NCBI GenBank assembly: GCA_965228475.1
Contig: OZ245817.1
Coordinates: forward strand, 4,608,001-4,672,000
DNA: 64,000 nt
Reading direction: 5' to 3'
Origin: Myxococcota bacterium
GTDB taxonomy: Bacteria; Myxococcota_A; UBA9160; JAFDDA01
Under the pieces are notes generated by a model that saw only the letters and a list, made by a program, of their open reading frames with translations, had not been told where the DNA came from and ran no database searches. A program made the translations under genes and the position numbers. This document shows, piece after piece, positions 10,201 to 20,413 of this stretch (positions are counted from its first letter, which is position 1; each line of letters opens with the position of its first letter).

Positions 10201-11214
10201 GTGAGCGAGCAGCTTCTCCTCGCCGACGCGCAGCTGGGGGCCTACCTGGCGCGCCGGGGCCTCGTGCCCGAGGGCACCGAGACGGCCGTCGAGGCGGCCG
10301 GCGACGGCAACATCAACTGGGTCCGGCGGGCCCGGGCCGGGGGCCGCTCGTTCATCGTGAAGCAGGCCCGGCCGGCCCTCGAGCGCTTCCCCGAGTACCG
10401 GGTCTCGACGGAGCGGATCGTCTTCGAGCACCGCTACTTCGAGTGGGCCCGGCGCCTCCCAGAGGCGAAAATCTGCCCGGAAATCGTGGACTTCGATGAA
10501 CGCGAACGCGTTCTCATACTGGAGGACCTGGGCACCGCCGAGCGTCTCGACGCCGCCCTCGCCCGCGGCGCCGACGTCGGCGCGCCCGCCGTCGAGGTCG
10601 CCCGCTTCCTGGCCGCGGTGCACGCCTCGACCTCCCCGGGCCTGGCCGCGCGCTTCGCCAACGAGGACCTCCCGCAGCTCCACGGGGCGCACATCTTCGA
10701 GCTGCCCCTGCGCGAGAACGACTTCCCGCTCCCGCCCGAACTCGGCGAAGCGGCCGCCGAGCTCCGTGCCGATGCCGAGCTCGTCTCCATCGCCGACGGC
10801 CTCCACGCCCGCTACCTCGAGCCGCGCGGCGCCCTCGTCCACGGCGACGTCCAGGCCGGGAACATCCTTCTCACCCCCGACGGGCCGAAGCTCCTCGACG
10901 CGGAGATCGCCCACATCGGCGACCCGGCCTTCGACCTCGGCGTCTTCGTGGCGCACCTGCTGGTGGATGCCGTGGCGGGCCACCGGGCCGGGCATGCCCA
11001 GCAGACGGTCGAGGCCGTCTGGCAGGCCTACGGCGACCGCCTCGGCGGCGCCCTCGCCGTGCCCTTCCCCGAGGTCGCGCGCTACGCGGGCATCGAGCTC
11101 GTGCGGCGGACGATCGGCGCGGCGCGGGTGGATGCGGTGAAGGACGCGGAGCCGGCCCTGCGGGTGCTGCGCTTCGCCACCGCCTGGCTTCGGGATCCGC
11201 CCAAGCGGCCCTAG
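10201..11214 (+). CDS. phosphotransferase, 5-methylthioribose kinase-like (APH/ChoK fold)
   Basis: GDGNINWV, VKQA, LVHGDVQAGNI, DAE, GDPAFDLG. Confidence 0.8.
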   Translation: MSEQLLLADAQLGAYLARRGLVPEGTETAVEAAGDGNINWVRRARAGGRSFIVKQARPALERFPEYRVSTERIVFEHRYFEWARRLPEAKICPEIVDFDERERVLILEDLGTAERLDAALARGADVGAPAVEVARFLAAVHASTSPGLAARFANEDLPQLHGAHIFELPLRENDFPLPPELGEAAAELRADAELVSIADGLHARYLEPRGALVHGDVQAGNILLTPDGPKLLDAEIAHIGDPAFDLGVFVAHLLVDAVAGHRAGHAQQTVEAVWQAYGDRLGGALAVPFPEVARYAGIELVRRTIGAARVDAVKDAEPALRVLRFATAWLRDPPKRP

Positions 11215-12203
11215 CGGCCTTCGCGTTCCGGGCCCGGTCCCTGGACGCCCTCGAGCACCCGCTCGGCGATCCGGTCCGCGGCATCGCTCGGGCTTGGCGC
11301 GAGCGAACCGCTCGAGGCCGGCGCGATCGAGACCGTCGGCACGGGCGCACCGGGCGCCTCGTCCTCGGCCCACTGGATGCGCTCGTAGTCGAACTGCCCC
11401 GAGGCGATCGCGTTGAACTTCAGGTTCTCGAAGTAGGGCGAGATGTCGAAGTCGCGCGGCGTGAGCAGCGTCGGGTGACGGCGCCGGTAGATCCCCGGCG
11501 GGTCGAAGCCCTGGCGCTGGAAGAAGCGCCGCATGACGCCCGTCCGCGCCACCGGGTCGTGCGCGGGCGCGCGGTGCGGCGCGTGCTCGATGGTCGGCGC
11601 CACCGGGAAGCCCACGCGCTGGTAGAGCTGGCCGATCAGGCTCGAGCAGATCACCTCGGTCTGCACGTCGCTCCCCATGTGCTTCCACTCGGATTGGAGC
11701 CGCCGCGGCACGACCGCGATCGAAACGAAGTACTTCGCGAGGTCGACGACGTTGCGCAGGTCGTAGCGCCAGCCGATCGCGGCCACCGCGTCGTCGAGGA
11801 TCGTCTTCAGGTGCTCCGGACGCAGCCGGTGCGGCCGGCACACGCGAACGTTCAGGTGGACGTACTTGGTGAGCGGCTCCGCCACGACGCCGTCCATCAA
11901 CGCCTCGACGACGATGTGCTTCGCGTCCTCGCCCCAGGCCTCGAGCGCCCGCTCGCGCAGCTCGCCGCCGCGCTGGAGGAGCTCGTCGCCGATGTAGAGC
12001 GCCGAGTGCGACCACGTCGAGAGCGTGAGCAGCTTGATGACCTTCGAGATGCGCTGGCTGCCGTCGACCAGCACGACGTCGCCCGGGCGGATGTGGGCGA
12101 GCAGCGCTTCGACGTCGTTCTCGCCGCGGCGCTCGTAGTGCGCCACGGGCTGGTCGAGGTAGTCGACCAGGCGATCCTTCAGCCAGCGCCTCAGTCCGAA
12201 CAA
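11211..12203 (-). CDS. permuted papain-like NlpC/P60 (YiiX/YebB-like) hydrolase
   Basis: PGDVVLV, WSHSALY (His), YDL, ICSSL (Cys) in permuted order; TTG start approximate. Confidence 0.85.
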   Translation of the reverse strand: MFGLRRWLKDRLVDYLDQPVAHYERRGENDVEALLAHIRPGDVVLVDGSQRISKVIKLLTLSTWSHSALYIGDELLQRGGELRERALEAWGEDAKHIVVEALMDGVVAEPLTKYVHLNVRVCRPHRLRPEHLKTILDDAVAAIGWRYDLRNVVDLAKYFVSIAVVPRRLQSEWKHMGSDVQTEVICSSLIGQLYQRVGFPVAPTIEHAPHRAPAHDPVARTGVMRRFFQRQGFDPPGIYRRRHPTLLTPRDFDISPYFENLKFNAIASGQFDYERIQWAEDEAPGAPVPTVSIAPASSGSLAPSPSDAADRIAERVLEGVQGPGPEREGR

Positions 12204-12287
12204 GTCGGAAAGCCTCCGCCCGGCGAGCTGCCCGGCCGGCGCGCCGGGCCGGTTGTCGGCACCCGGGGCGTCGGGAACAATCCCGCC

Positions 12288-12770
12288 ATGTCGAACCGAG
12301 GGGACACAGCGCTGCGCAGCCTGCTCTGGCTCGTCCTGGGCAGCTGGATCGGCGCGACGCTCTACTTCGCGCTGGTCGTGGCCCTGGCCGCCTTCCGCGT
12401 CCTCCCCACCTCCGAGCTCGCCGGCCAGGTGGTGGACGCCGTCTACACACCGCTCCAACTCTACGGGGTGGGGGCGGGCCTCCTGCTCGCGGCGCTGGCC
12501 CGGGCCCTGCGCCGGAGCCGCTGGCTCCAGATCCACCCCATCATCCTCTCGGTTCTCTGCTTCACGTCCCATTTCGGCATCACTGCCCGCCTGGATGAGC
12601 TTCGAGACCGGGCTTTCGGCGCGGACGGGACGGTCCCCGAGGGGGCGGCCAGCGCCGAGTTCTGGCAGCTCCACGGGGCCTCGATGGGGATCCACAGCCT
12701 CGTGATCCTCGGGGCGATCGCGCTCCTTGTGCTCCACGTGAGGGCCGAGGGCCGGGCGCCCGCCCGCTGA
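12288..12770 (+). CDS. DUF4149 (TMEM205-like) membrane protein
   Basis: 4 TM; AFRVLP...AG, FWQLHGASM. Confidence 0.8.
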   Translation: MSNRGDTALRSLLWLVLGSWIGATLYFALVVALAAFRVLPTSELAGQVVDAVYTPLQLYGVGAGLLLAALARALRRSRWLQIHPIILSVLCFTSHFGITARLDELRDRAFGADGTVPEGAASAEFWQLHGASMGIHSLVILGAIALLVLHVRAEGRAPAR

Positions 12771-13032
12771 TCACCCGGGCCGGCGGCGAAACCCCGAGCG
12801 TGAACGGCGAGCCCCGGGGGCCGGAAATGCGCGAAATTCCATAGCTCTTACTGAGTGCGTGGTGTATCCTGTTTCCTCGGCTCGGAATCCGCTGCAATTC
12901 CGGCAGGTTACGAGGCGACATTCCGGGTGCGATCGATGCGGCTCGCGGGTCTTCCGTGGGCCGTGAGAACCCGGTCACGCCGGCCGGGCATCGAAGTGCC
13001 GAAACGGTCCAGGCGAGGGAACGCAGGAAGCG

Positions 13033-13236
13033 ATGGATATCCGGATCAAGGCCAACTTGGAGTTCGCGGTCACCGAGAGTGGCCTGGAAGACGCCTTGGC
13101 CGAGTACGACGAGATCACGGTCGAGGGCCTCCTGAAGGAGATCCTGGACAAGGCGATCGCCTGCGACGAGATCCAGGCCAAGGTCAGCGAGGGCCCGAAC
13201 ACCCTCGAAGAATACGACCAGCAGAAGAACGGCTGA
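13033..13236 (+). CDS. small acidic hypothetical protein (67 aa)
   Basis: AGGAAG SD, strong GC3 codon bias, clean ORF. Confidence 0.8.
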   Translation: MDIRIKANLEFAVTESGLEDALAEYDEITVEGLLKEILDKAIACDEIQAKVSEGPNTLEEYDQQKNG

Positions 13237-13282
13237 GCGGTCTCCCGAGTCCCTCCGGCGCCGAGCGCGCCATCCCCATACC

Positions 13283-13759
13283 TCAGCGGAACAAGGCGAG
13301 CTGCTCCGGCCCGGGCGGCGGCGTTTTCGTGCGCGACGCGGGCGGCGCTGCCTGGGCCGCGGGCGGGGGCTTCGCCTGCTTCCGCTTCCGGGGCGCAGGC
13401 CGCCCCGAGCGGCGCGCGGCCGCTTCGGGCCGTGCCGGCGCGTAGATCCCCTCCGAGCGCGCGAACTCGAGCAGGCGGGCGTTGTAGGCGCGGAAGGCGT
13501 CGCCGTGGTCGAAGTGTTTCAGATGCGCGAGTTCGTGGCACAAGGTGGCGACCAGGCTCGAATACTTGAGCGGCTCGCCCGTCCGCACGTCGGCCAGACG
13601 GATGCGGATCTCGCCGTCCGAAAAACACACGCCGTATCGGCGCTTCACGTTCGCCCGCTCGGCGTGGATGACGCGGTAGCGCAGGCCGAATCGCGTGGCG
13701 ATCCGGTAGGCGTCGTAGCGGAGCCGGGTGAGGAGTTCGCGTCGCGTCGTTCGGTCCAC
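13283..13759 (-). CDS. zinc metallopeptidase, WLM/YgjP(DUF45)-like
   Basis: RYGVC...IRIRL, LCHELAHLKHFDHGDAF (HExxHxxHxxH-type motif). Confidence 0.85.
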   Translation of the reverse strand: MDRTTRRELLTRLRYDAYRIATRFGLRYRVIHAERANVKRRYGVCFSDGEIRIRLADVRTGEPLKYSSLVATLCHELAHLKHFDHGDAFRAYNARLLEFARSEGIYAPARPEAAARRSGRPAPRKRKQAKPPPAAQAAPPASRTKTPPPGPEQLALFR

Positions 13760-13801
13760 GCGCCGGGGAATCTAGCCGGGGGGCCGAGACGGGCGCCACG
13801 A

Positions 13802-13860
13802 CGAAGTCGCCCTTCCCAGACCGAAGTCGCACTTCCCAGACCGAGTCGCACTTCCCAGAC
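13802..13860. repeat. 3 x ~20-bp tandem direct repeat CGAAGTCGC(C/A)CTTCCCAGAC
   Basis: Units 13802-13821, 13822-13841, 13842-13860 (last has a 1-nt deletion), in the gap between divergent genes. Confidence 0.95.
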
Positions 13861-13878
13861 GCCGGTTATCCTACGGGC

Positions 13879-14562
<684 letters not shown>

Positions 14563-15015
14563 ACCCACTCCGAACCACGCCAGGAATCGCGCGCTGAAAT
14601 TTCGCGATTCGCGGCGAAAATCGTTGAACGAACGCGAACGAAACGGATCGCGCTGCGGACTTCCGCAGCGGGCAGGGACGCGCGGTGCGCGCGCGAACTC
14701 GCTTCGACAACGCCGCCGAAACGTTTGGAAAGCAAAGACGATCTGACTTCGAAACGAGGGTTAGACTTCGCCTCGTCGGCGCGCATTGGTGCACGAATGC
14801 GTTGCATTGCTGTGTCACTCGCCCGTCGGTTTCAGGACGGATCGGCGTTGCCCGCTTTCGAGTGCTGTGGTTAATTGCGCATGTGTTCGACGGTTGACGC
14901 CGGAACGCTCCAAAGCCGACTGAAACCGCCGAAATTTCCCGACATACCGCCCCGTCGCTGGAAGCCCCCCAAGAGCGGAAGGTCCGACGGCAAAGCCTGG
15001 CAGGAACTTCGACCT

Positions 15016-16440
15016 TTGACTCGCCCCCCCGAGTTCTGGGACGCAATTCTTCGGCGCCTCACGCAAGACGTGCCGGCGCACGAAGTCGAGGCATGGATCC
15101 TTCCCCTCCACGCGGAAGCGGACGGGAAGACGCTGCGCCTCCTGTGTCCGAGTGCTCTCCACTGCAACCGCGTTCGCGACCGGTACCTCGAGCCGATCCG
15201 GCAGGCGGTGCGGCTCCACGCCGAAGAGGCGGGGGAGGACGCGCCCGTCGTGCGGCTGGCGCTCGCGGATTCGCCGCCGCCCGAGCGGCGGCTCGCGAAG
15301 GTCGAGCCGGACGAGGCGAACGTCCCGGAAGCCGGGGCCTCGGAGGCACCCGCGCGGGTCGCGGCGCGCGCGGGCCTGCGCGAGCCGGCGCCGCGCCGCA
15401 TGGCCCGCGCCGTCCAACAGAGTTTCGACAACTTCGTGGTCGGCCCGCCGAACGCGCTGGCGCGCGAAGCGGCCGTGGCGCTCGCGGCGGGCAGCCAGCG
15501 CGAGGTGAATCCCCTCTACCTGGCCGGCGATTCCGGCCTCGGGAAGACGCACCTGGCGCGCTCGGTCGCCGGTACCGTGCGCCGAACGGACGCGCGGGTC
15601 CTCTACACCTCGGCCGAGGGCTTCACCTCGGACTTCCTCGGCTCGCTGCGCAACCGCGAGGTTCCGCGCTTCAAACGCCGCTACCGCGAGGACTGCGACG
15701 TGCTGGTGCTCGAGGACGTCGACTTCCTCGGCGGGAAGGAATCCACCCAGCTCGAGCTGTTCCACACCGTGGCGCACCTGCTCGACACCGGTGCGCGCGT
15801 GGTCTTCACCGGCGCGCGGCTCCCGCGCGAGATCCCGGCGCTCGACCGCCGGCTCGGCGCCCAGATGGCGAGCGGCCTCGTCGCCGAGCTCGCGCCGCCG
15901 GACACGGAGCTCCGCCGCAGCATCCTGAAGAACCGCGCCGCCGCCGGCGGCATCCGCATCCCCGAAGACTGCGTCGAGCGCATCGTCGAAGCCGTCCGCG
16001 GCAGCGTGAGCGACCTCGAGAGCGTGCTCGGCCAGATCGTCGCCTCGGCCACGCTCCTGAAGCAGCCCGTCGATCTCGCGCTCACCGACGCGGCCCTGCG
16101 CAAGCTCGGCCCGGGCGAGAGCCGCACCCTCGGCAACCGGCGCGTGGCGCCGCGCGAGGTCATCGAGATGGTGGCCGCGTTCTTCGGCACGACGCCCGAG
16201 GCCCTCTGCTCCCGCTCACGCCGGCGCGACATCCTGCTCCCGCGCCAGCTCTCGATGTACCTGTGCCGCCGCTTCACGGACGCGAGCTTCTCGGAGATCG
16301 GCCGCGCCCTCGAGCGCGACCACCCCTCGGTACGGAACGCCGTCTCATCGGTCGAGCGCCAGATCCTCGAGCGCGCGCCGCTGCGCTACCAGGTCGAGGC
16401 CCTCTGCGACCGGCTCGAGCACCTGCGGGGCGAGCGCTAG
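15016..16440 (+). CDS. dnaA: DnaA-family protein (divergent paralogue of the replication initiator)
   Basis: Domain I (W...WILPL), SFDNFVVG..N, NPLYLAGDSGLGKTHL, domain IV PRQLSMYL...EIG...RDH. Several catalytic residues are substituted. TTG start approximate. Confidence 0.85.
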   Translation: MTRPPEFWDAILRRLTQDVPAHEVEAWILPLHAEADGKTLRLLCPSALHCNRVRDRYLEPIRQAVRLHAEEAGEDAPVVRLALADSPPPERRLAKVEPDEANVPEAGASEAPARVAARAGLREPAPRRMARAVQQSFDNFVVGPPNALAREAAVALAAGSQREVNPLYLAGDSGLGKTHLARSVAGTVRRTDARVLYTSAEGFTSDFLGSLRNREVPRFKRRYREDCDVLVLEDVDFLGGKESTQLELFHTVAHLLDTGARVVFTGARLPREIPALDRRLGAQMASGLVAELAPPDTELRRSILKNRAAAGGIRIPEDCVERIVEAVRGSVSDLESVLGQIVASATLLKQPVDLALTDAALRKLGPGESRTLGNRRVAPREVIEMVAAFFGTTPEALCSRSRRRDILLPRQLSMYLCRRFTDASFSEIGRALERDHPSVRNAVSSVERQILERAPLRYQVEALCDRLEHLRGER

Positions 16441-16476
16441 GACGGCAGCCGGAGTCCGCCTCGGAGCGGATGACTT

Positions 16477-19400
16477 TCAGCGAGTGACCCGCTGAAGCTC
16501 GCGCTGCGACATCAACGCCTCGGCCTTCTTCCGAGCATCGGCCGCCTCCGAGACCTCGCCCGCAGCCATCAAGGAGGCGGAGTAATAGAGCCAAGCCGTA
16601 CCGGAACGAGGGAACCTGCGCGTCGCGTCCCGGAGGACGGTTCGAGCCTCCTCGGGGTGCCCGGCACGGAGCAGGAACAAACCGTAGTTCGCCGCAGCAC
16701 GGTCGTTCCCCGGTTCCGCGTCGATCCATTTCCGAAAGGCCGGCTCGGCCACGCGGTTCTCACCGAGGTCGGTCGCCGCAAGCGCGACCGCCGAGAGCGC
16801 CAGTGGGTGGCCTGGGTGGCGCTCTTCGAACCGTTGAGCCTCTTCCAGAGCACCCCTGGAATCGCCCGCGGCGCTGAGTGCCATGGCGTACCGGTGTGCG
16901 AAGCGCGGATCGTCGGGCGCCAGCTCCGCGGCCCTCCTTGCAGGCTCTACGGCATCTTCCTTCCGGCCGACGGCATCGAGGAAGTTCGACAGTGCGAACT
17001 CGATCTGCGGGCTCGGGGTCGGCTGCGCCTCTCTCGCCGCAAAGAGGACCGACTCGGCCTTCTCCCTCTGGCCGTCATCCCAGAGCTGCAGCGCATATCG
17101 GAGCAACGCGTCGGGATGACTGGGGTGAGCGGCGAGCAGGCGCTGCCATGCCAGGAAGATGCCCGCCCGACTGCCATCCTGTTCGGCGATCCCGGCCAGC
17201 AGCCAGAGGACCGCGAAGTCGTTCGGGTCCTCCTCCAACAGCTTCTGGGCTTCCTCTCGAGCCTCCGCGAACTTTCCCTCTCGCGCGAGAATCTTCGCGT
17301 CGAGCAGGCGAGCGTACGGATCTTTCGGACGAATTCGCAATGCAGCCGCCGCCGAGTGCCGCGCTTTGACCAGCGCACCCGCCTGAAGCGCCGCCTCTCC
17401 TCGCAGCGTGTAGAAGTTCGGCGAGTTCCGATAGTACTGCTCGACCGAGTCGAGCAGTACGGCGGCTGCGCGGTGATCGCCTGCCTCGAGGGCGCGAGCT
17501 GCAGCCCGGCGGGTCTCCGCCGCATCTTGCAGCTCGACTTCGGTCGCCCGAGGCCCGGACTTCGAGACGTCGCCCGGCGGGTCCGTGAGAAGCCCGATTG
17601 CTCCGAGAGCGATCCCAGCTCCCACGCTCGCGCCGAACAAGCCGCGGCGGAAGGGGCCCCTGCGCGGCGTGGACACGGTTGCCCCGGCACGCTCGAAGGC
17701 ACGATCCCGCTCGGAACAGTAGGACGGCCATTCCTCCGGAGAGATCTGCGCCTGAGTCGTCCGCCAGCGGTAGTCGAAGGTTGCCTGCTTGCGTTCCCCC
17801 TCGACGACGCAGCTGTACTCGAAACCAGGACCCGAGAAACGGTGGTCCTCCCGGCCCGGGCGTTCCACGCTGTTTCCGCGCACCACCACCCGGTGGTGGG
17901 CGGTCATCGGATAGCGGAGCACCCATGGTTGCCGCCGCGTCTCGCTCCCGTCTATTTGATCGATAACGAAGAACAGGCCGTGGGCGCCGTAGCGAAACTC
18001 CGTAGGGGTCTTCGAACTCTCGGGGCCCCAGGAGGGCAGCCCGTGACGCGTGCGAACACGGATGACGTTCGCGATCGGGTCATCTTCGACATCCGCAGGA
18101 TCCTCACTGGCGACCAAGGCGGGGAAGTAGGACTGAAGCGCCTCGGCGCGGACCCGGGTGAATGCACTCTTTCCGTCTCTCACGATCGAAGCTCGGACGG
18201 CGTCCGCCAGCGACCCCGAGGCCACGATGAGCTGTTCGACGGACCCCTCTTTCTGCTTGTGGTCCAGAAGGAACGTCTCGATGACACTGAAGTCGGTGGC
18301 TGCCGGTTCGGGAAGCGGGGTCAGCGCGTCCGCCCCTTCTCGGATCTCCAGGCCGCAGCCATACGATGCCGGGGTCCGGTGTTCGAGGTCCCCTCGCTCA
18401 CCGATCAGTGTCGGGTCAACGTAGTGCTGCTTGCCCTCGAACTCGACACTTACGATCGCATGCGAGAACGCCGCATTGGAGGGTTGTAGACGCTGGACGC
18501 CCTCCATCCAGTTCGAAGCCACGAGCATCGGACAGGCATCGACACCCAGCTCTCGCAGCAACGCTGTCAGAAGAACCGACTTGTCCTTGCAATCGCCGAA
18601 ACGTCTGCGGACGACACTACCAGCCCCACCCGGGAGCATTCCGGCACCGGTGCCGAAGTCGACCACGAGGTAGCGGATGTCCTCCTGCACGAACCGAATG
18701 GCTTCGCGAACGAGTTCTTCGCCCGTATGCTCAGCCCGAAGTTGGGCTGCCTGGGCGGCAATCGACTCACCGCCCTCTGCCAGAGCGTCCGCCCAGAGCG
18801 AATCGAAGAACGACGAGACCTCTCCCCAGCTGCGCCAGCCGGACACCTCGACGAGTGGGAAAGGCCACTCCGTCGTAGGAGAGTTGTTCTCGATCTCGAC
18901 CCGAGGAGGGTCCTCCAGCGTCCAGGAGATCCGGTCACCGTATTCGGTCTCGCGCGGACTCGGCGAACCCGGGTGCTCATGGAGGTTCCACCGGACCGGC
19001 GACGCGGCACTACGTCGGACCGAGAACGAGACCCTGGCGACGGGGAAGTTCCACGCGAAAGGAAACAGCGCGGTGAACTGCTCCCCCGGGAGAACCTCGA
19101 TCGGTTCGAGCGACCAGGAGAGATCGATCGCATCCCCGACGCGAACGTCCTCGAGAAGGGCAACGAGGGAGAGCCGTCCCGTCAGGGTCTGTTGCTCGAG
19201 CTGCTGCTCCCTCTGACGGAGCAGGAAGTCGCCGCGCTCTGCCCTGCTGACCTCTCCCCAGACCTCTCCCTCACCCTTGCGCAGCAGTGCGAGCGAGTGA
19301 ATCGCAAGACGGTGGGCAGCTGGGTCGAAATCGACCTCGACCTGGCTCAAAGCCTGGACTGCGGAGTGGGTCTGGAGGCGGCGAACGTTCCGGCAGTAGA

Positions 19401-19566
19401 CCGACCGACTCGCCACATCGTTCTGCTCATCGAGCAGAAGACAGGATATTGCGTGATCCTCGGAAGCTGGAAAGTCCCACACCGGTTCTTGGATTGTCAC
19501 CCAGGCCGGAGTCGCGGCGAGTTGCCACTCGGCGTCCTGAGGTCCGACGATACGCCGAATCGACAT
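16477..19566 (-). CDS. DUF3857 + transglutaminase-like + TM + TPR-repeat protein
   Basis: LLDEQ, DVRVGD, FVQEDIRY, FGDCKDKS, FSHAI, YVDPT; single TM, then many TPR-like helical repeats. Confidence 0.85.
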   Translation of the reverse strand: MSIRRIVGPQDAEWQLAATPAWVTIQEPVWDFPASEDHAISCLLLDEQNDVASRSVYCRNVRRLQTHSAVQALSQVEVDFDPAAHRLAIHSLALLRKGEGEVWGEVSRAERGDFLLRQREQQLEQQTLTGRLSLVALLEDVRVGDAIDLSWSLEPIEVLPGEQFTALFPFAWNFPVARVSFSVRRSAASPVRWNLHEHPGSPSPRETEYGDRISWTLEDPPRVEIENNSPTTEWPFPLVEVSGWRSWGEVSSFFDSLWADALAEGGESIAAQAAQLRAEHTGEELVREAIRFVQEDIRYLVVDFGTGAGMLPGGAGSVVRRRFGDCKDKSVLLTALLRELGVDACPMLVASNWMEGVQRLQPSNAAFSHAIVSVEFEGKQHYVDPTLIGERGDLEHRTPASYGCGLEIREGADALTPLPEPAATDFSVIETFLLDHKQKEGSVEQLIVASGSLADAVRASIVRDGKSAFTRVRAEALQSYFPALVASEDPADVEDDPIANVIRVRTRHGLPSWGPESSKTPTEFRYGAHGLFFVIDQIDGSETRRQPWVLRYPMTAHHRVVVRGNSVERPGREDHRFSGPGFEYSCVVEGERKQATFDYRWRTTQAQISPEEWPSYCSERDRAFERAGATVSTPRRGPFRRGLFGASVGAGIALGAIGLLTDPPGDVSKSGPRATEVELQDAAETRRAAARALEAGDHRAAAVLLDSVEQYYRNSPNFYTLRGEAALQAGALVKARHSAAAALRIRPKDPYARLLDAKILAREGKFAEAREEAQKLLEEDPNDFAVLWLLAGIAEQDGSRAGIFLAWQRLLAAHPSHPDALLRYALQLWDDGQREKAESVLFAAREAQPTPSPQIEFALSNFLDAVGRKEDAVEPARRAAELAPDDPRFAHRYAMALSAAGDSRGALEEAQRFEERHPGHPLALSAVALAATDLGENRVAEPAFRKWIDAEPGNDRAAANYGLFLLRAGHPEEARTVLRDATRRFPRSGTAWLYYSASLMAAGEVSEAADARKKAEALMSQRELQRVTR

Positions 19567-19639
19567 CGCTCCATCATACGCGATTCCCAGCACGGCGTTC
19601 GCCCCAGACGGCCCGGCAGGCAACGGCTAGAGTCACCCG

Positions 19640-20413
19640 ATGCCCGAACGCATCGAGATCGCGCGCAACTGGCTGCCCCGCTACACGGGCATGGCCCTCG
19701 ACGAGATCGGCGATTGGGTCCTGCTCACGAACTTCGCGGGGTACCTGCACCACTTCGCCGAGAAGTTCGGCTGCGAGATCAGCGGCGAAGGGCGGCCGAT
19801 GCAGGCGGCGACCAACTCCGCCGGCCTGACCATGGTGAACTTCGGCATCGGCTCACCGAACGCGGCGCTCATCATGGACCTCCTGGTGGCGCGCAACCCG
19901 AAGGGCGTTCTCTTCCTCGGCAAGTGCGGCGGGCTGAAGCAGGCGACCGAGATCGGCCACTTCATCCTGCCCATCGCGGCCATCCGCGGCGAGGGGACGA
20001 GCGACGACTACTTCCCGCCCCAGGTGCCGGCGCTGCCCTCCTTCAAGCTGCACAAGTTCGTCTCGGAGAAGCTCGTCGAACACGGCTACGACTACCGGAC
20101 CGGCGTGATCTACACGACCAACCGTCGTCTCTGGGAGCACGACGACCGCTTCCTCGCGCGGCTCCACTCGATGACCTGCATCGGCATCGACATGGAGACG
20201 GCGACGCTCTTCATCGTCGGCCACCACAACCAGATCGCACGCGGCGCGCTGCTGCTCGTCTCGGACGTGCCGGCCACCCCCGAGGGCGTGAAGACCGAGG
20301 AGTCCGACCGCGCCGTCACCGAGGAGTGGGCGGCCGCGCACGTGGAGCTCGGCATCGAGGCGATGACGGACATCGGGCGCCGCGGCGAGACCATCAAGCA
20401 CTACCGGTACTGA
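19640..20413 (+). CDS. amn: AMP nucleosidase-like (PNP/UDP family)
   Basis: NWLPRYTG, LLTNF, NFGIGSPNAA, LFLGKCGGL, AIRGEGTS, IDMETAT. Confidence 0.9.
   Translation: MPERIEIARNWLPRYTGMALDEIGDWVLLTNFAGYLHHFAEKFGCEISGEGRPMQAATNSAGLTMVNFGIGSPNAALIMDLLVARNPKGVLFLGKCGGLKQATEIGHFILPIAAIRGEGTSDDYFPPQVPALPSFKLHKFVSEKLVEHGYDYRTGVIYTTNRRLWEHDDRFLARLHSMTCIGIDMETATLFIVGHHNQIARGALLLVSDVPATPEGVKTEESDRAVTEEWAAAHVELGIEAMTDIGRRGETIKHYRY

Noticed and set aside
13802..13860. CRISPR array
   Set aside because: Repeats are contiguous with no spacers and no cas genes; the same applies to 35641-35716.
14787..14806. sigma-54 promoter upstream of the dnaA paralogue
   Set aside because: GG-to-GC spacing does not fit the required GG-N10-GC.
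14563..15015. oriC next to dnaA
   Set aside because: Only one imperfect DnaA box, no clear DUE or box cluster, no dnaN/rpmH, and the dnaA is degenerate.
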